DNA of 64,000 nt from Anaerolineales bacterium (GTDB lineage: Bacteria; Chloroflexota; Anaerolineae; Anaerolineales; UBA6663), in the NCBI GenBank assembly GCA_044226485.1, contig JBGAGY010000007.1, positions 195,060-259,059 of the forward strand. Reading direction: 5' to 3'. The position numbers and the translations under genes were made by a program. This document shows, one piece after another, positions 9,028 through 18,430 of this stretch. Positions within the stretch are counted from its first letter, which is position 1. Every line of letters starts with the position of its first letter. A model generated the notes under the pieces. The model was not told the DNA's origin, ran no database searches, and saw nothing but the letters and a program-made list of their open reading frames with translations.

Positions 9028-9570
9028 CTATCGATGTTTCATTCGGGCAAAGGCGTGTGGGGATGGGGGAGTCGCCATGGCATCGGCGACCCGTCGAGCG
9101 CACTCATCTATGTCAGCGACAGTCGTGTCAATCTCGATATCATAGATGGCGTCCTGGTGCACCTTGCTGAATTGCCGCCGCGCCAGGCCGGTCGAGCGAT
9201 CCCCGCGCAGGCGCTCGCGCTCCTCCAGAATCGCCAGATCGCAACGAAGCCCGACCGCAAAGACGTTCACCTCCCAAAGCGCATCCACGAAGCCGGATAG
9301 GCTTCCTGGATTCCAGGCGACCGTATCGACGATGACTCGATTGCCGCTTTCGACCATCGTCCGCACGCACCGCGTAAAGCCGTCATACAGGCGCGAGCCG
9401 TACAGGTACGCCTCAGCCTCTGTGTAGTCTCGGCCTGGGAGCCCCGCAAAGAACATGTCCTCCGGAAAGAAGATGTACGGTATCGAGAGGAGTTGCTGCA
9501 GACGGTGTGCCAGTGCCGACTTGCCACTGCTGGAAGGCCCATTCAGGAAGACCACCTGGATGTCTGTCAT
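9028..9570 (-). CDS. chloramphenicol phosphotransferase-like (CPT family) P-loop kinase
   Basis: P-loop LNGPSSSGKS; the C-terminal part (GLRCDLAILEERERLRGDRSTGLARRQFSKVHQDAIYDIEIDTT) parallels Streptomyces CPT. Start set at ATG 9570, because the track start is a TTG. Confidence 0.8.
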   Translation of the reverse strand: MTDIQVVFLNGPSSSGKSALAHRLQQLLSIPYIFFPEDMFFAGLPGRDYTEAEAYLYGSRLYDGFTRCVRTMVESGNRVIVDTVAWNPGSLSGFVDALWEVNVFAVGLRCDLAILEERERLRGDRSTGLARRQFSKVHQDAIYDIEIDTTVADIDECARRVADAMATPPSPHAFARMKHR

Positions 9571-10045
9571 TGAGCCGATTATATAGGGGGCCAACCCGGG
9601 GACCGGGCTATCTCATTGTTCGACCGAAAAGCGGCCGAGCGGCCCCGCATCAACTTCATGTCGGGTGAGGATGCCTCACAATCAATCCTCGTCGAACTCC
9701 CGCCGGGCACCCGAATCTCGCGGTATTGCGTCTTCTACCGCGAACTGCGGCCCAAAGGCGGGCGGCCGCTGCGGGTTGACCCAGACCGCGACGATCGAGG
9801 AACTGACGGTGCTCGGGGATGGCGGGCTGGAGTTGTCTCTGCCGGAGCGGCCTGGCCTTCGCGACGACCCACACACGGCAACCTTTGGATCGTCTTGCCC
9901 GACCTCTGCAAACGTTACTTTAAGCAGCGCGTCCCTCACAACCGAACCAAAGCGACACAGCAGCACAACCACATGGCTGGTCCATCAGACCTGTAGGACT
10001 AGCGATAGCGAACATCGTCAACGCAGAGCGTCTGCCACTTGGCGA

Positions 10046-10759
10046 TCAGGGCGGAGATTGGAGACGCGCAGCGCGCAAGTCATTCGCGAGTGCTTTGTTG
10101 AGCGACGTGATATAGGGGTACATGCCGTAGGTCACAAACCGCAGCGAGAAAAGTGAGATCTGTCGCGGCGGGATCTTCATGCCATCCTCGAGCCAACCAC
10201 TAATGATCCCTATCAACCAGCTTGCCAGGCCGACCGTCAACACCCTGTCATAGACCGGATCGGAGATATCGAGTTCTTCAGAGACCAAACCTTTAGACTC
10301 CTGTAAGCGGGAGTGCAGATTGCGAGCGAAGTCATCCCGCAGCTGAGCACTGAACCAGGAGCTTCCTCGCTTTCCGAGGAGCGATTTGTAGAGCCTGGCG
10401 TTCTCTGCGATATGCTCGAACAAGGCCGTATACGTGTTTAACACCCGATCCACTTCAGGCGTGATCGCCTGTTCGGCGAAGGCATCGTCTTTGTTGGCGA
10501 CGAATGGGACGATTCTCAGTCTCTGTTCCAGAGGACCCAAGTCGCTCACCAAATCCTTGATCGCCTTCTCATAGATGGCCGTGACCAACGCGTATTTGTC
10601 GCAATAGTGGCGATAAAACGTGGCGCGATGAATCATGGCCCGGTCTGCCAGGTCACCCACGGTGATCGCATCGAAGCCCTTTTCAGAGATCAAGGCAATC
10701 AGGGCGTCGTGCAGCATGATCTCGGTGCGCTTGCCGTGCCTATCGTGTTTGGCGTGCAT
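10046..10759 (-). CDS. TetR/AcrR family transcriptional regulator
   Basis: N-terminal HTH ALISEKGFDAITVGDLADRAMIHRATFYRHYCDKYALV. Confidence 0.9.
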   Translation of the reverse strand: MHAKHDRHGKRTEIMLHDALIALISEKGFDAITVGDLADRAMIHRATFYRHYCDKYALVTAIYEKAIKDLVSDLGPLEQRLRIVPFVANKDDAFAEQAITPEVDRVLNTYTALFEHIAENARLYKSLLGKRGSSWFSAQLRDDFARNLHSRLQESKGLVSEELDISDPVYDRVLTVGLASWLIGIISGWLEDGMKIPPRQISLFSLRFVTYGMYPYITSLNKALANDLRAARLQSPP

Positions 10760-11171
10760 CCAGCGGCCTCCGACCGGCTAGTCCGTGACGGTTCGGCCAC
10801 ACTGGCTGCGGGTGTTTGCCCTCCGTCGGACGTTTCATGACCGTGTACCAGTCTACTACCGATCAAACCTCCGTCACTTGCCGATCTGAAGTTCATTCGG
10901 TCGCTGCGAGGGCCGGCTGGCATGGGCTCAGGTCCGAGACGAAAGGCAGTGACCCCGAATCACTCGATGAGCCTGTGCCAACCGGTCGTCGTGGCACACC
11001 GCAAACGCACCGGCTGCAACGAGCGTGAGATGGCGATGCCCTTGCGGTGTCTGCGTCGATGAGCTCTGGTGAGTCCGACAGTGCGCGATGCAGCCCGCCA
11101 CACGCTGGGGGCTGCCCACCCCTAAGTGGACAGCCGTGTGCAGAGGACATGGCCACCATCAGACGAACGGG

Positions 11172-12710
11172 TCATGAGCCCTGCTTTCTCAAAATGCGCA
11201 TGAGTTCTTGCGCGGCCATCTTCCCCGGAATTCCAGTGACCCCGCCTCCGGGCTGCGTCCCCGCACCCGAGAGCACGAGGCCAGGCACATCCGTGACATG
11301 CTTGCCCCATCCACGGGCAGGGCGGAGAGGGCCCAATCTGCTCAGGGTGATGTCCACGTGATAGATGCACCCGTTCTTTGCCCCCAGTCGCTGTTCCAAG
11401 TCACCGGGAGTCTGCGCCCATCGTCCGATCTCGAGTGCCGAGATGCCTGGCATCACCTTTTCAGCCGCGCAGACGAGTGCGTTCGCCGCAGCTGTCCCAG
11501 CGTCGGCCGGCTCCCCTGCCGGCCAGACCGGCGCTGGAGCACCCAGATAGAGAGTGTCTTGCCCATCCGGTGCCACAGTCGGATCCGTCGCGGACAAGAT
11601 CGTGCCGCCCCACGGTGGATCCTGCACCACCCGTCCCGCGCGGGCCGCGGCATCGGCGGCCAGGACCTGCTCGAATGTTCCGCAGAACAGTGTGGGCTTG
11701 CGTAGATCCACCTGGTCAGTGCGGGCTCGCTGGTGCTCGCCGAGAGTCAGGCGGCCGCGCAGCGCCATGACCACCACCAGGCAGCCGAGTCCGGCATGGT
11801 TGGCTGGGGCATGTTCGAGAGCTGCCAGATGGGGCACGCCACTTCCGCTGAGCAGGCGGGCGGTGACTTGTGGCGGCGTCGCGGCGACCACGGCTCGCGC
11901 CAGGATCTCCTCTCCGGTTACCAGGCGGACACCGCGAACCCGACCGCCAGCGCAGAGGATCTCGGCCACTGGAGAGCTCACCCGCACCGTCCCACCGTAA
12001 GACTGCAAGCATCGATTCAGTGAGTCGGGGATCGCCTGCATGCCGCCCTCTGGGCGCCCGATTCCATGCCGATGCAAGGATGCGGTCGCTGCCATGAACA
12101 AGATCCCGCTACCCTCCACAGTAATCGAGCCGTAGAGCCAGAGCATCGACGCAAACACGCCGCGGAGTTGATCGGAGACGAACGTTGACTCGATGAGCTC
12201 CGCGGCCGGCGTTGTCAGGGCTTCTCCCAGGAGCCGCCGAACCCGACGATTTCCCAGTCCGCGGGCCGCTGCCAACAGAGTCGCGCCCACTGACGCGCCT
12301 CCCCGAATCGCCTGGACCGTTGCAGCCACTTCGGCATACTCACGATAGGTGCGCGCATCCTGAGCCGAGAACCTCTGAATCTCAGCGATCGTGCGATTCA
12401 CGTCTCGCGCCAACAGGATCGATTCGCCGCTCGGCCCGAGCCAGGCCCAGGCGGGGTCGTGGTCGATGATGCGCAGCCCGAACCGCGCCAGATCCAGGTC
12501 ATGCCCGATCGGCGACGCGCCCCAGACCACGTCGATCGCCCCGGGATTGAGCAGGTGTTCCGGCGCCGCTGAGACCAGGGCCCTCGTCTCTGTCATTCCG
12601 CCGATCGTTTCACTGGCTTCAAGGACGGTCACGGAGTATCCGCCCCGCGCCAAATAACACGCGGCCGCCAGGCCGTTGTGGCCTCCACCTATCACGATGA
12701 CATCCATCAT
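11172..12710 (-). CDS. FAD/NAD(P)-dependent oxidoreductase (phytoene desaturase/CrtI-like family)
   Basis: Rossmann motif MDVIVIGGGHNGLAAACYLARGGYSVTVLEASETIGG. Start set at ATG 12710, which is preceded by GGAGGA; the track ORF extends 27 codons further. Confidence 0.85.
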   Translation of the reverse strand: MMDVIVIGGGHNGLAAACYLARGGYSVTVLEASETIGGMTETRALVSAAPEHLLNPGAIDVVWGASPIGHDLDLARFGLRIIDHDPAWAWLGPSGESILLARDVNRTIAEIQRFSAQDARTYREYAEVAATVQAIRGGASVGATLLAAARGLGNRRVRRLLGEALTTPAAELIESTFVSDQLRGVFASMLWLYGSITVEGSGILFMAATASLHRHGIGRPEGGMQAIPDSLNRCLQSYGGTVRVSSPVAEILCAGGRVRGVRLVTGEEILARAVVAATPPQVTARLLSGSGVPHLAALEHAPANHAGLGCLVVVMALRGRLTLGEHQRARTDQVDLRKPTLFCGTFEQVLAADAAARAGRVVQDPPWGGTILSATDPTVAPDGQDTLYLGAPAPVWPAGEPADAGTAAANALVCAAEKVMPGISALEIGRWAQTPGDLEQRLGAKNGCIYHVDITLSRLGPLRPARGWGKHVTDVPGLVLSGAGTQPGGGVTGIPGKMAAQELMRILRKQGS

Positions 12711-13509
12711 TCGGTCCTCCCGTCGCATCGACGTGGCTGTTGCCGTATCAGTCGAGCGCTTCGAGAGACTATAGGGATTCGCTGGCCGCAAGACAATGAA
12801 GAAACTCGATCATCTGTCGCAATTGCGACGGAAACGGCAAACTGTCGCATGCGGGGGCAACCCTCGCTCCATCAGGAATGGGTTGTCGTTGGAGACATGA
12901 CGCCATGTTTCGCCCGGCGTGCCGTTGTTGTTGTGGACGTCTCGTTGGCTCGGAACCGTGAACCCTGGTTCAGCCGCGCGATGCAGTAGTTTCTCGGCCA
13001 GCACACAGCTCTAAAGTCGGCGAGTAGCCAGCCCGCCTGGTAGGGGCAAAGCAGACCCGGGATCAGGCAACCCAAACGGGCAAGGCCCCGGACCCTGACA
13101 CAGCGAGGATGGGCCCGTAGACCATCGAGTTGTTTGGCCGGAGGTCGTCAGTTCGAAGCCTGCCTTGCTACTAAAAGGCTGTGGTCTCAAGCGATCGCGG
13201 CCGTTGTTGTCGTGACCCTTTCCTGAAGGTGACGATTGACTACCCGCTATCAATACGTTCGATGGGTCAGGGCAGGGCTGCGCTGCTCCGGCCGGGCCCC
13301 GATCTGTCGCTCGGCTGCTTGTTCGATCGTTGCCTCGTGGTGAGTTGCCCCATCTGGCGGAGCCCATCGTTCTCCAGCTCCTACCCTGGCTTGCGCAAGG
13401 TCTCGATCAGTGTTTTAGTGGGGAGGTCATCGGCCGTCCGCGAGGGGTGGAGGCTAGAGGAGCCGATGACCCTCCTTGTCACGTCAGATCAAAGCTAGAG
13501 ACCGGATCC

Positions 13510-16221
13510 ATGGCTACTCCGTTGCTTGCCGCCAAGACCTACTTGCCAAGGCCCCAGAGAGACCGGGTGGATCGTGCCCGTTTGCGAGAGCGGCTCGACA
13601 AGGCCCTGGCCGACCAGGGAAGGTTGGTTTTGGTGTCGGCGCTGGCCGGATCGGGAAAAACGACTCTGCTGGCCGATTGGGCGGCACACGCCACATTGCC
13701 CTACGCCTGGCTGTCGCTCGACGCGCAGGACAATGTCGTTTCGCTGTTTTGGGCCTACCTGATCTCGGCAGTGCAAAAGCAGACGGCTGGTTTTGCTCAG
13801 GCGCTTCTGGCCGAGCTGTTATCGCCGCAAGCACCACCGCCGGAAACGATCGTGCCGGAATTCCTCAACCAGGCAGCGCAACTGCAGGGCCGGATGGTGA
13901 TCGTCCTGGATGATTACCACCTGATCGAAGATCCCACCATCCACGATAGCCTGATCTACCTGATCGAGCATCTGCCTGACAACCTGTTCGTCGCCCTCTG
14001 CACCCGATCCGATCCGCCCATGCCGCTCAGCCGTTGGCGGGTGCGCGGTTACCTGACAGAGGTTCGGCTGCCCGACTTGCGCTTCACCTCCGCCGAAACC
14101 CAGTCCTTTCTGCGGGATGTGATGCGATTACTCCTTGACGACGAAGATGTCGCCCGCCTTGAAACGCGTACGGAGGGCTGGGCGGCAGGCTTGCAGTTGG
14201 CGGCGTTGGCGCTGCAAGAATCGCCGGCGGTGAACGACCGAGAGGCGCAGAAAAGTTTCATCGCCCGCTTTTCGGCCAGCCACCAATACGTGTTGGATTT
14301 CTTGACGACCGAGGTGCTGGCGCATCTCCCCGAGGAAAGTCAACAGTTCTTGCTCCAGACTTCCATCCTGAAGCAGTTGTCCGGATCGCTGTGCCAGGCG
14401 GTGACTGGCAACCCAAACAGCGCCGAGACTTTGGCGACCCTTGTTCGCAAAAACCTTTTCCTCATACCGCTCGATATCGAAGGAACCTGGTTTCGGTTCC
14501 ACCACCTGTTTGCCGAAATGCTGCGGATGCGCCTGGAACGTCTGGGAGCCGAAGCCATTCCCCAACTGCACTTCCAGGCGGCCCAATGGTATGAGCAAGC
14601 TGGCCGGGTGGACGACGGCCTCTATCATGCCTTGCAAGCTGGAGCCGTGGAGTATGCCGTTGACATCATCTTGGCCAACTGGCAGCAAGCCATTTATCGA
14701 GGCTGGCCCAATCAGGTATTGAGTTGGCTTGAAGCCCTGCCGGCTCAGGCCGTTCTAGAGCATCCCGATTTGAGTATCGCCCTGGCCTGGACCCAGTGGA
14801 TCCGGGGGCAAGCCCATGCCGCCCAGGTGCACAACGATGACGCGCAACAGGCCTACGAGCGTTGGATGGCCCTGGGAAAAATCCCCCCGAAAGGATGGGC
14901 CGCCATCCCTGCGGAAGTCGCTACCCTCCGTGCGATGGCAGCCGTGCGCTACGAGCGTTTTGACGCAGCCCTGGAATACGCCACCCAGGCGATCCAGCTG
15001 TTGCCCGCCGACAAAGCGCACGAGAGGGCCTTCGGATTGGCACTGATGGCTCAAGCCGCTGCCATGCGTGGATCATGGAACATCGATGCGGCGATGGAGA
15101 TCTTTTTTCTGGCGATCGAAGCACTCCGTCAGGCTGGCAATCTCGTGGCGTTGGGCGCAAGCGGGCTTGCCTTAGGACACCTGTTTCTATTGCAGGGCCG
15201 CTTATCGGAAGCCGCCGATTTCTACAACGATTTGTTGGCGCAGATGGGGCCCACGGCCTCGTCGCCGGCCGTGGGTATCTTGCAGGTGGGGCTGGGAGAA
15301 GTGCTCTACGAACAAAACAATCTGGCACAGGCGTCCGAGTTGCTCAGATCGGTCTGGAACCACATGGATCGCAGAGGCTTCTGGGAACTGATCGCCACAA
15401 GTTGCCTTTTGCAGGCACGGTTGTTCCGCGCCGCCGGCCAGACTGACGATGCCCTCGCGGTACTCAAGGAAGGAACCGACAGCCTGCGGCGCTCCGATCC
15501 GCCGGACTTGCTGCGTGAACTCCAGTCTTTGCTGGCGGTCTACCTGGCCGAAGAAGGACATTGCGCAGATGCCTGGCCGTTGCTGCCGGATCCGCTGGTA
15601 GTCGGTGAGCGCCTCCCGGGTTCGTCACTTGGATGCAGACTGCTCAACCAGGCGCGCGTCTACCTTGCGGCCGGTCAGGCGGAGGTCACCCTGGCGTTTG
15701 CGATGCAGTGGGAACCCCTCGCGGAGAGCACGGGCTGCCGGCGCTGGCAAATGGAAGCTCAGCTGCTCGCTGCGCTGGCGCAAGCCAGGCTTGGCAAGCG
15801 CATCGCCGCGCAGGCTGCCCTTCAGAAGAGCCTGGCGCTGGCCCAACCCCAGGGCCATCTGCGTCTCTTCCTGGAGGGTGGTGAGGCCGTGCGGGATCTG
15901 ATTGTCGGCCTCTATCCGACGTTGACCGACCCAACCCAGGCGCAGTTTGCCCGACGCGTCCTGGAGGCCTTCCCGGCCCCTGTACCCCAAAAGCCGTTGG
16001 TGGCCACGCCGCAATCCGGAACGTTCGTTGAACCGTTGAGCGAACGCGAATTACAGGTGCTGAGGCTGCTCTCGCTGGGCCTGTCCAACCTGGCTGTGGC
16101 CGATCGATTGCACATTTCGCTTCCAACCGTCAAGACACATATTCGCCACATCTTCGAGAAGTTGGGTGCTGAGAATCGGATCGAGGCGCTGAACAAAGCG
16201 AAAGAGCTGCGCTTGTTCTGA
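13510..16221 (+). CDS. MalT-like STAND ATPase / LuxR family transcriptional regulator
   Basis: P-loop SALAGSGKTTLL, MalT motif WFRFHHLFAEML, TPR-like repeats, and a C-terminal LuxR HTH (LSERELQVLRLLSLGLSNLAVADRLHISLPTVKTHIRHIFEKL). Start set at ATG 13510 (MATPLLAAKTYLPRP). Confidence 0.9.
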   Translation: MATPLLAAKTYLPRPQRDRVDRARLRERLDKALADQGRLVLVSALAGSGKTTLLADWAAHATLPYAWLSLDAQDNVVSLFWAYLISAVQKQTAGFAQALLAELLSPQAPPPETIVPEFLNQAAQLQGRMVIVLDDYHLIEDPTIHDSLIYLIEHLPDNLFVALCTRSDPPMPLSRWRVRGYLTEVRLPDLRFTSAETQSFLRDVMRLLLDDEDVARLETRTEGWAAGLQLAALALQESPAVNDREAQKSFIARFSASHQYVLDFLTTEVLAHLPEESQQFLLQTSILKQLSGSLCQAVTGNPNSAETLATLVRKNLFLIPLDIEGTWFRFHHLFAEMLRMRLERLGAEAIPQLHFQAAQWYEQAGRVDDGLYHALQAGAVEYAVDIILANWQQAIYRGWPNQVLSWLEALPAQAVLEHPDLSIALAWTQWIRGQAHAAQVHNDDAQQAYERWMALGKIPPKGWAAIPAEVATLRAMAAVRYERFDAALEYATQAIQLLPADKAHERAFGLALMAQAAAMRGSWNIDAAMEIFFLAIEALRQAGNLVALGASGLALGHLFLLQGRLSEAADFYNDLLAQMGPTASSPAVGILQVGLGEVLYEQNNLAQASELLRSVWNHMDRRGFWELIATSCLLQARLFRAAGQTDDALAVLKEGTDSLRRSDPPDLLRELQSLLAVYLAEEGHCADAWPLLPDPLVVGERLPGSSLGCRLLNQARVYLAAGQAEVTLAFAMQWEPLAESTGCRRWQMEAQLLAALAQARLGKRIAAQAALQKSLALAQPQGHLRLFLEGGEAVRDLIVGLYPTLTDPTQAQFARRVLEAFPAPVPQKPLVATPQSGTFVEPLSERELQVLRLLSLGLSNLAVADRLHISLPTVKTHIRHIFEKLGAENRIEALNKAKELRLF

Positions 16222-16243
16222 TCGATGCGCCGAAAATCAACCC

Positions 16244-16273
16244 ACAGGCATCATCCCTCCGGTTGATGCCTGT
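16244..16273 (+). terminator. intrinsic terminator after the MalT-like gene
   Basis: ACAGGCATCA (16244-16253) pairs with TGATGCCTGT (16264-16273), followed by GTTTCTATTTG. Confidence 0.6.
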
Positions 16274-16488
16274 GTTTCTATTTGTCCCTAACATCCTCAT
16301 CATCACAGGAACTCGGGAATCCGAAACCAATTGAACTGAACATAGACTGGCGTTGTTCGCGACCTACACATCGCGCGGGCCTTGATCAGACGGCCCAGGC
16401 CGACGCCAGTGATGTTCCGCCACCGGTATCGGCGTTTCCCGACCTCCTGCGCACGATCGAAAACCGCTAGAAGATCCGAGAAAAACCG

Positions 16489-16737
16489 ATGACTGGAGAC
16501 CTTCATGCTCATGGCAATGACCTGGCAGACGGTTACCAGGTGCGCGTCAAGGGTTGGCTGAGCGAGGACCTCCTGGCCTGGCTCGATTTGACCGGGACCT
16601 ATGACCGGCCCTTGGACGAAACCGTCTTGTTGGTAACGACCACAGACCAGGCGGTGCTCTATGGCCTGCTCCACCGTCTGTGCGACCTGGGATTGACGTT
16701 GATTTCGGTGAGGACTCACCCCGTTCAACGTTCGTGA
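16489..16737 (+). CDS. small conserved hypothetical protein (82 aa)
   Basis: YQVRVKGWLSEDLLAWLDLTG...DQAVLYGLLHRLCDLGLTLISV resembles, from memory, a widespread uncharacterised small-protein family in high-GC Gram-positive, Chloroflexi-like and cyanobacterial genomes. Confidence 0.6.
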   Translation: MTGDLHAHGNDLADGYQVRVKGWLSEDLLAWLDLTGTYDRPLDETVLLVTTTDQAVLYGLLHRLCDLGLTLISVRTHPVQRS

Positions 16738-16762
16738 GTCCACATCCAAGGCGGACGAGTCT

Positions 16763-17623
16763 ATGACGACCTCTGAAAACAAAACCTTTCTGGTTCGCTA
16801 CCCGGTGCTGTCGTTCTACCTCATGAGTTGCATCTTCTTCTGGACACTCCTCATCCTGTTCGGGGTGATCGTGGTCGGCGTTCTGCACGTAGACGTGAAC
16901 GCTCAACCCTGGACGGTGTGGATCGTGACGATCCTGGGTTCATGGATGCCCTCTCTGTCGGCAGCCATCGTCGTTCGGGCGACACGCGGCCCGGATGCTG
17001 TCGCGGGTCTGTTTGCCGGGCTGGTCCGCTTCAAGCTGCCGGCGCGCTGGTACCTGGCGAGCCTGATCCCATTCGGCGTCGTCGCACTTGCTGTGCTGGG
17101 CTATCGGCTGACCGGTGGCGCGCCGGAAGGCAGGACGCCGCTTACGTTCACGCTCTGGTTCTATTTGCTGGTGGTCAACCTGCTCGCCGGCCCGACCGGT
17201 GAGGAGCCGGGTTGGCGCGGCTTTGCGTTGCCGCAGTTGCTCCAACGCTACAGCCCGCTGAAGGCTGGCCTTGTATTGGGACTGATGTGGAGCTTCTGGC
17301 ATCTGATGCTGTGGCTCGTGTCCTCGGGTTTTGCTGGGATGGACCTGCTGATTTACATGTTGGAGTTCACGGTGACCATCATCGCTCTGAACTTGCTGAT
17401 GGTCTGGATCTACCGGCATGTTCCCGATAGTTTGGTGCCCATGGTCGTCGTTCATTTTGTCTTCAACTTCGGTGCGACGTTGATCTTGCCCGGCGCGCTT
17501 GGTCTTGGCGCAAGGCTGCCACTCTTTGGGTGGCTGGCCGGCGCCTTTGGGCTGGTCGCGGTTTTGGTCTGGCGTCTTCAGGCGAGACGCTCTGGGGGTT
17601 CTGTCGCCGCCAGAACGACTTAG
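16763..17623 (+). CDS. CPBP family intramembrane glutamic endopeptidase (CAAX protease-like)
   Basis: Polytopic, with motif 1 EEPGWRGF, motif 2 FWH and a distal HFVFN. Confidence 0.85.
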   Translation: MTTSENKTFLVRYPVLSFYLMSCIFFWTLLILFGVIVVGVLHVDVNAQPWTVWIVTILGSWMPSLSAAIVVRATRGPDAVAGLFAGLVRFKLPARWYLASLIPFGVVALAVLGYRLTGGAPEGRTPLTFTLWFYLLVVNLLAGPTGEEPGWRGFALPQLLQRYSPLKAGLVLGLMWSFWHLMLWLVSSGFAGMDLLIYMLEFTVTIIALNLLMVWIYRHVPDSLVPMVVVHFVFNFGATLILPGALGLGARLPLFGWLAGAFGLVAVLVWRLQARRSGGSVAARTT

Positions 17624-17711
17624 CCCAGCCGCGATCCTGAGCCGGGGCAATCGCCCAACCGATCGGCATCGACCTTGTGAACAACAAGAGCTGATTGTGA
17701 GAAGGAGCCTT

Positions 17712-18332
17712 ATGAGACAGACCACACTCCACCAATTGAGTGCTTATTCGCTCATCGGCGGTGCCGTTTGCATGGCCGGATTCTGGATCCTGGCTGGCGT
17801 GCTCGGGTCGTTTGCCGGCGCCGCGGTGACTCATAGCCCGCTCTGGGTGCCGAGCCAGGCTCTCCACATTCTGGCCGCCCTGTTCACGCTCTTCGGCATC
17901 GCGGGTCTGTATGCGGTCCAACGGGAGCAGAGCGGTGCGCTGGGCCTGGTCGGCTTTGTGATCGCAACCGTCGGCACTGTGTTGTTCTTTGCTGACGGCT
18001 TGATCGCGCTGGCCATCTACCCCGCCCTCGCCGAAGCGGCGCCCGATCTTCTGGATGTGACCGGTGCGATGAACAGCGGCGGCGTTCTCATCGCCTTCAT
18101 CCTCATGGCGGCGACAGCGATGATCGGCTATGTCGTTTTCGGAGTGGCTGTCTGGCGCGCGGGAATCCTGCCGCGGGCAGCCGCTCTCTTGTTCCTGCTG
18201 GGCGGCATTTTGTTCAATCTGCCCCCAGGGCCGATCCCGATGCCGGTGCTGACGTTCGGCGGGGTGGTGTGGGCGGTCGGCGCCATCTGGCTGGGACAGA
18301 AGCTCCTGAAGGTGAAGGAGGACAGCCTCTGA
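17712..18332 (+). CDS. polytopic membrane protein, function unknown
   Basis: 206 aa, about 6 hydrophobic helices. ATG 17712 is preceded by GAAGGAG; the track ORF start at 17499 overlaps the CPBP gene. Confidence 0.7.
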   Translation: MRQTTLHQLSAYSLIGGAVCMAGFWILAGVLGSFAGAAVTHSPLWVPSQALHILAALFTLFGIAGLYAVQREQSGALGLVGFVIATVGTVLFFADGLIALAIYPALAEAAPDLLDVTGAMNSGGVLIAFILMAATAMIGYVVFGVAVWRAGILPRAAALLFLLGGILFNLPPGPIPMPVLTFGGVVWAVGAIWLGQKLLKVKEDSL

Positions 18333-18430
18333 GCGTTGTTTCCGACTCCCGACGTACCCGACCCTCAACCGACCCATCCGTCGAGCGGACCTGACACCCT
18401 CAATGACCCGAGCAGAAAGGATCTGACCGC

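Noticed and set aside
13140-13175. tRNA/tmRNA-like signal: GTTCGAA T-loop-like motif (ggtcgtcaGTTCGAAgcctgcc), with AGTAGC...GCTACT complementarity at 13023/13168.
   Set aside because: I could not build a 5-bp T-stem around the loop on either strand. There is no acceptor/anticodon cloverleaf and no CCA-proximal pairing, and no RNase P, SRP or tmRNA signature motifs are present.
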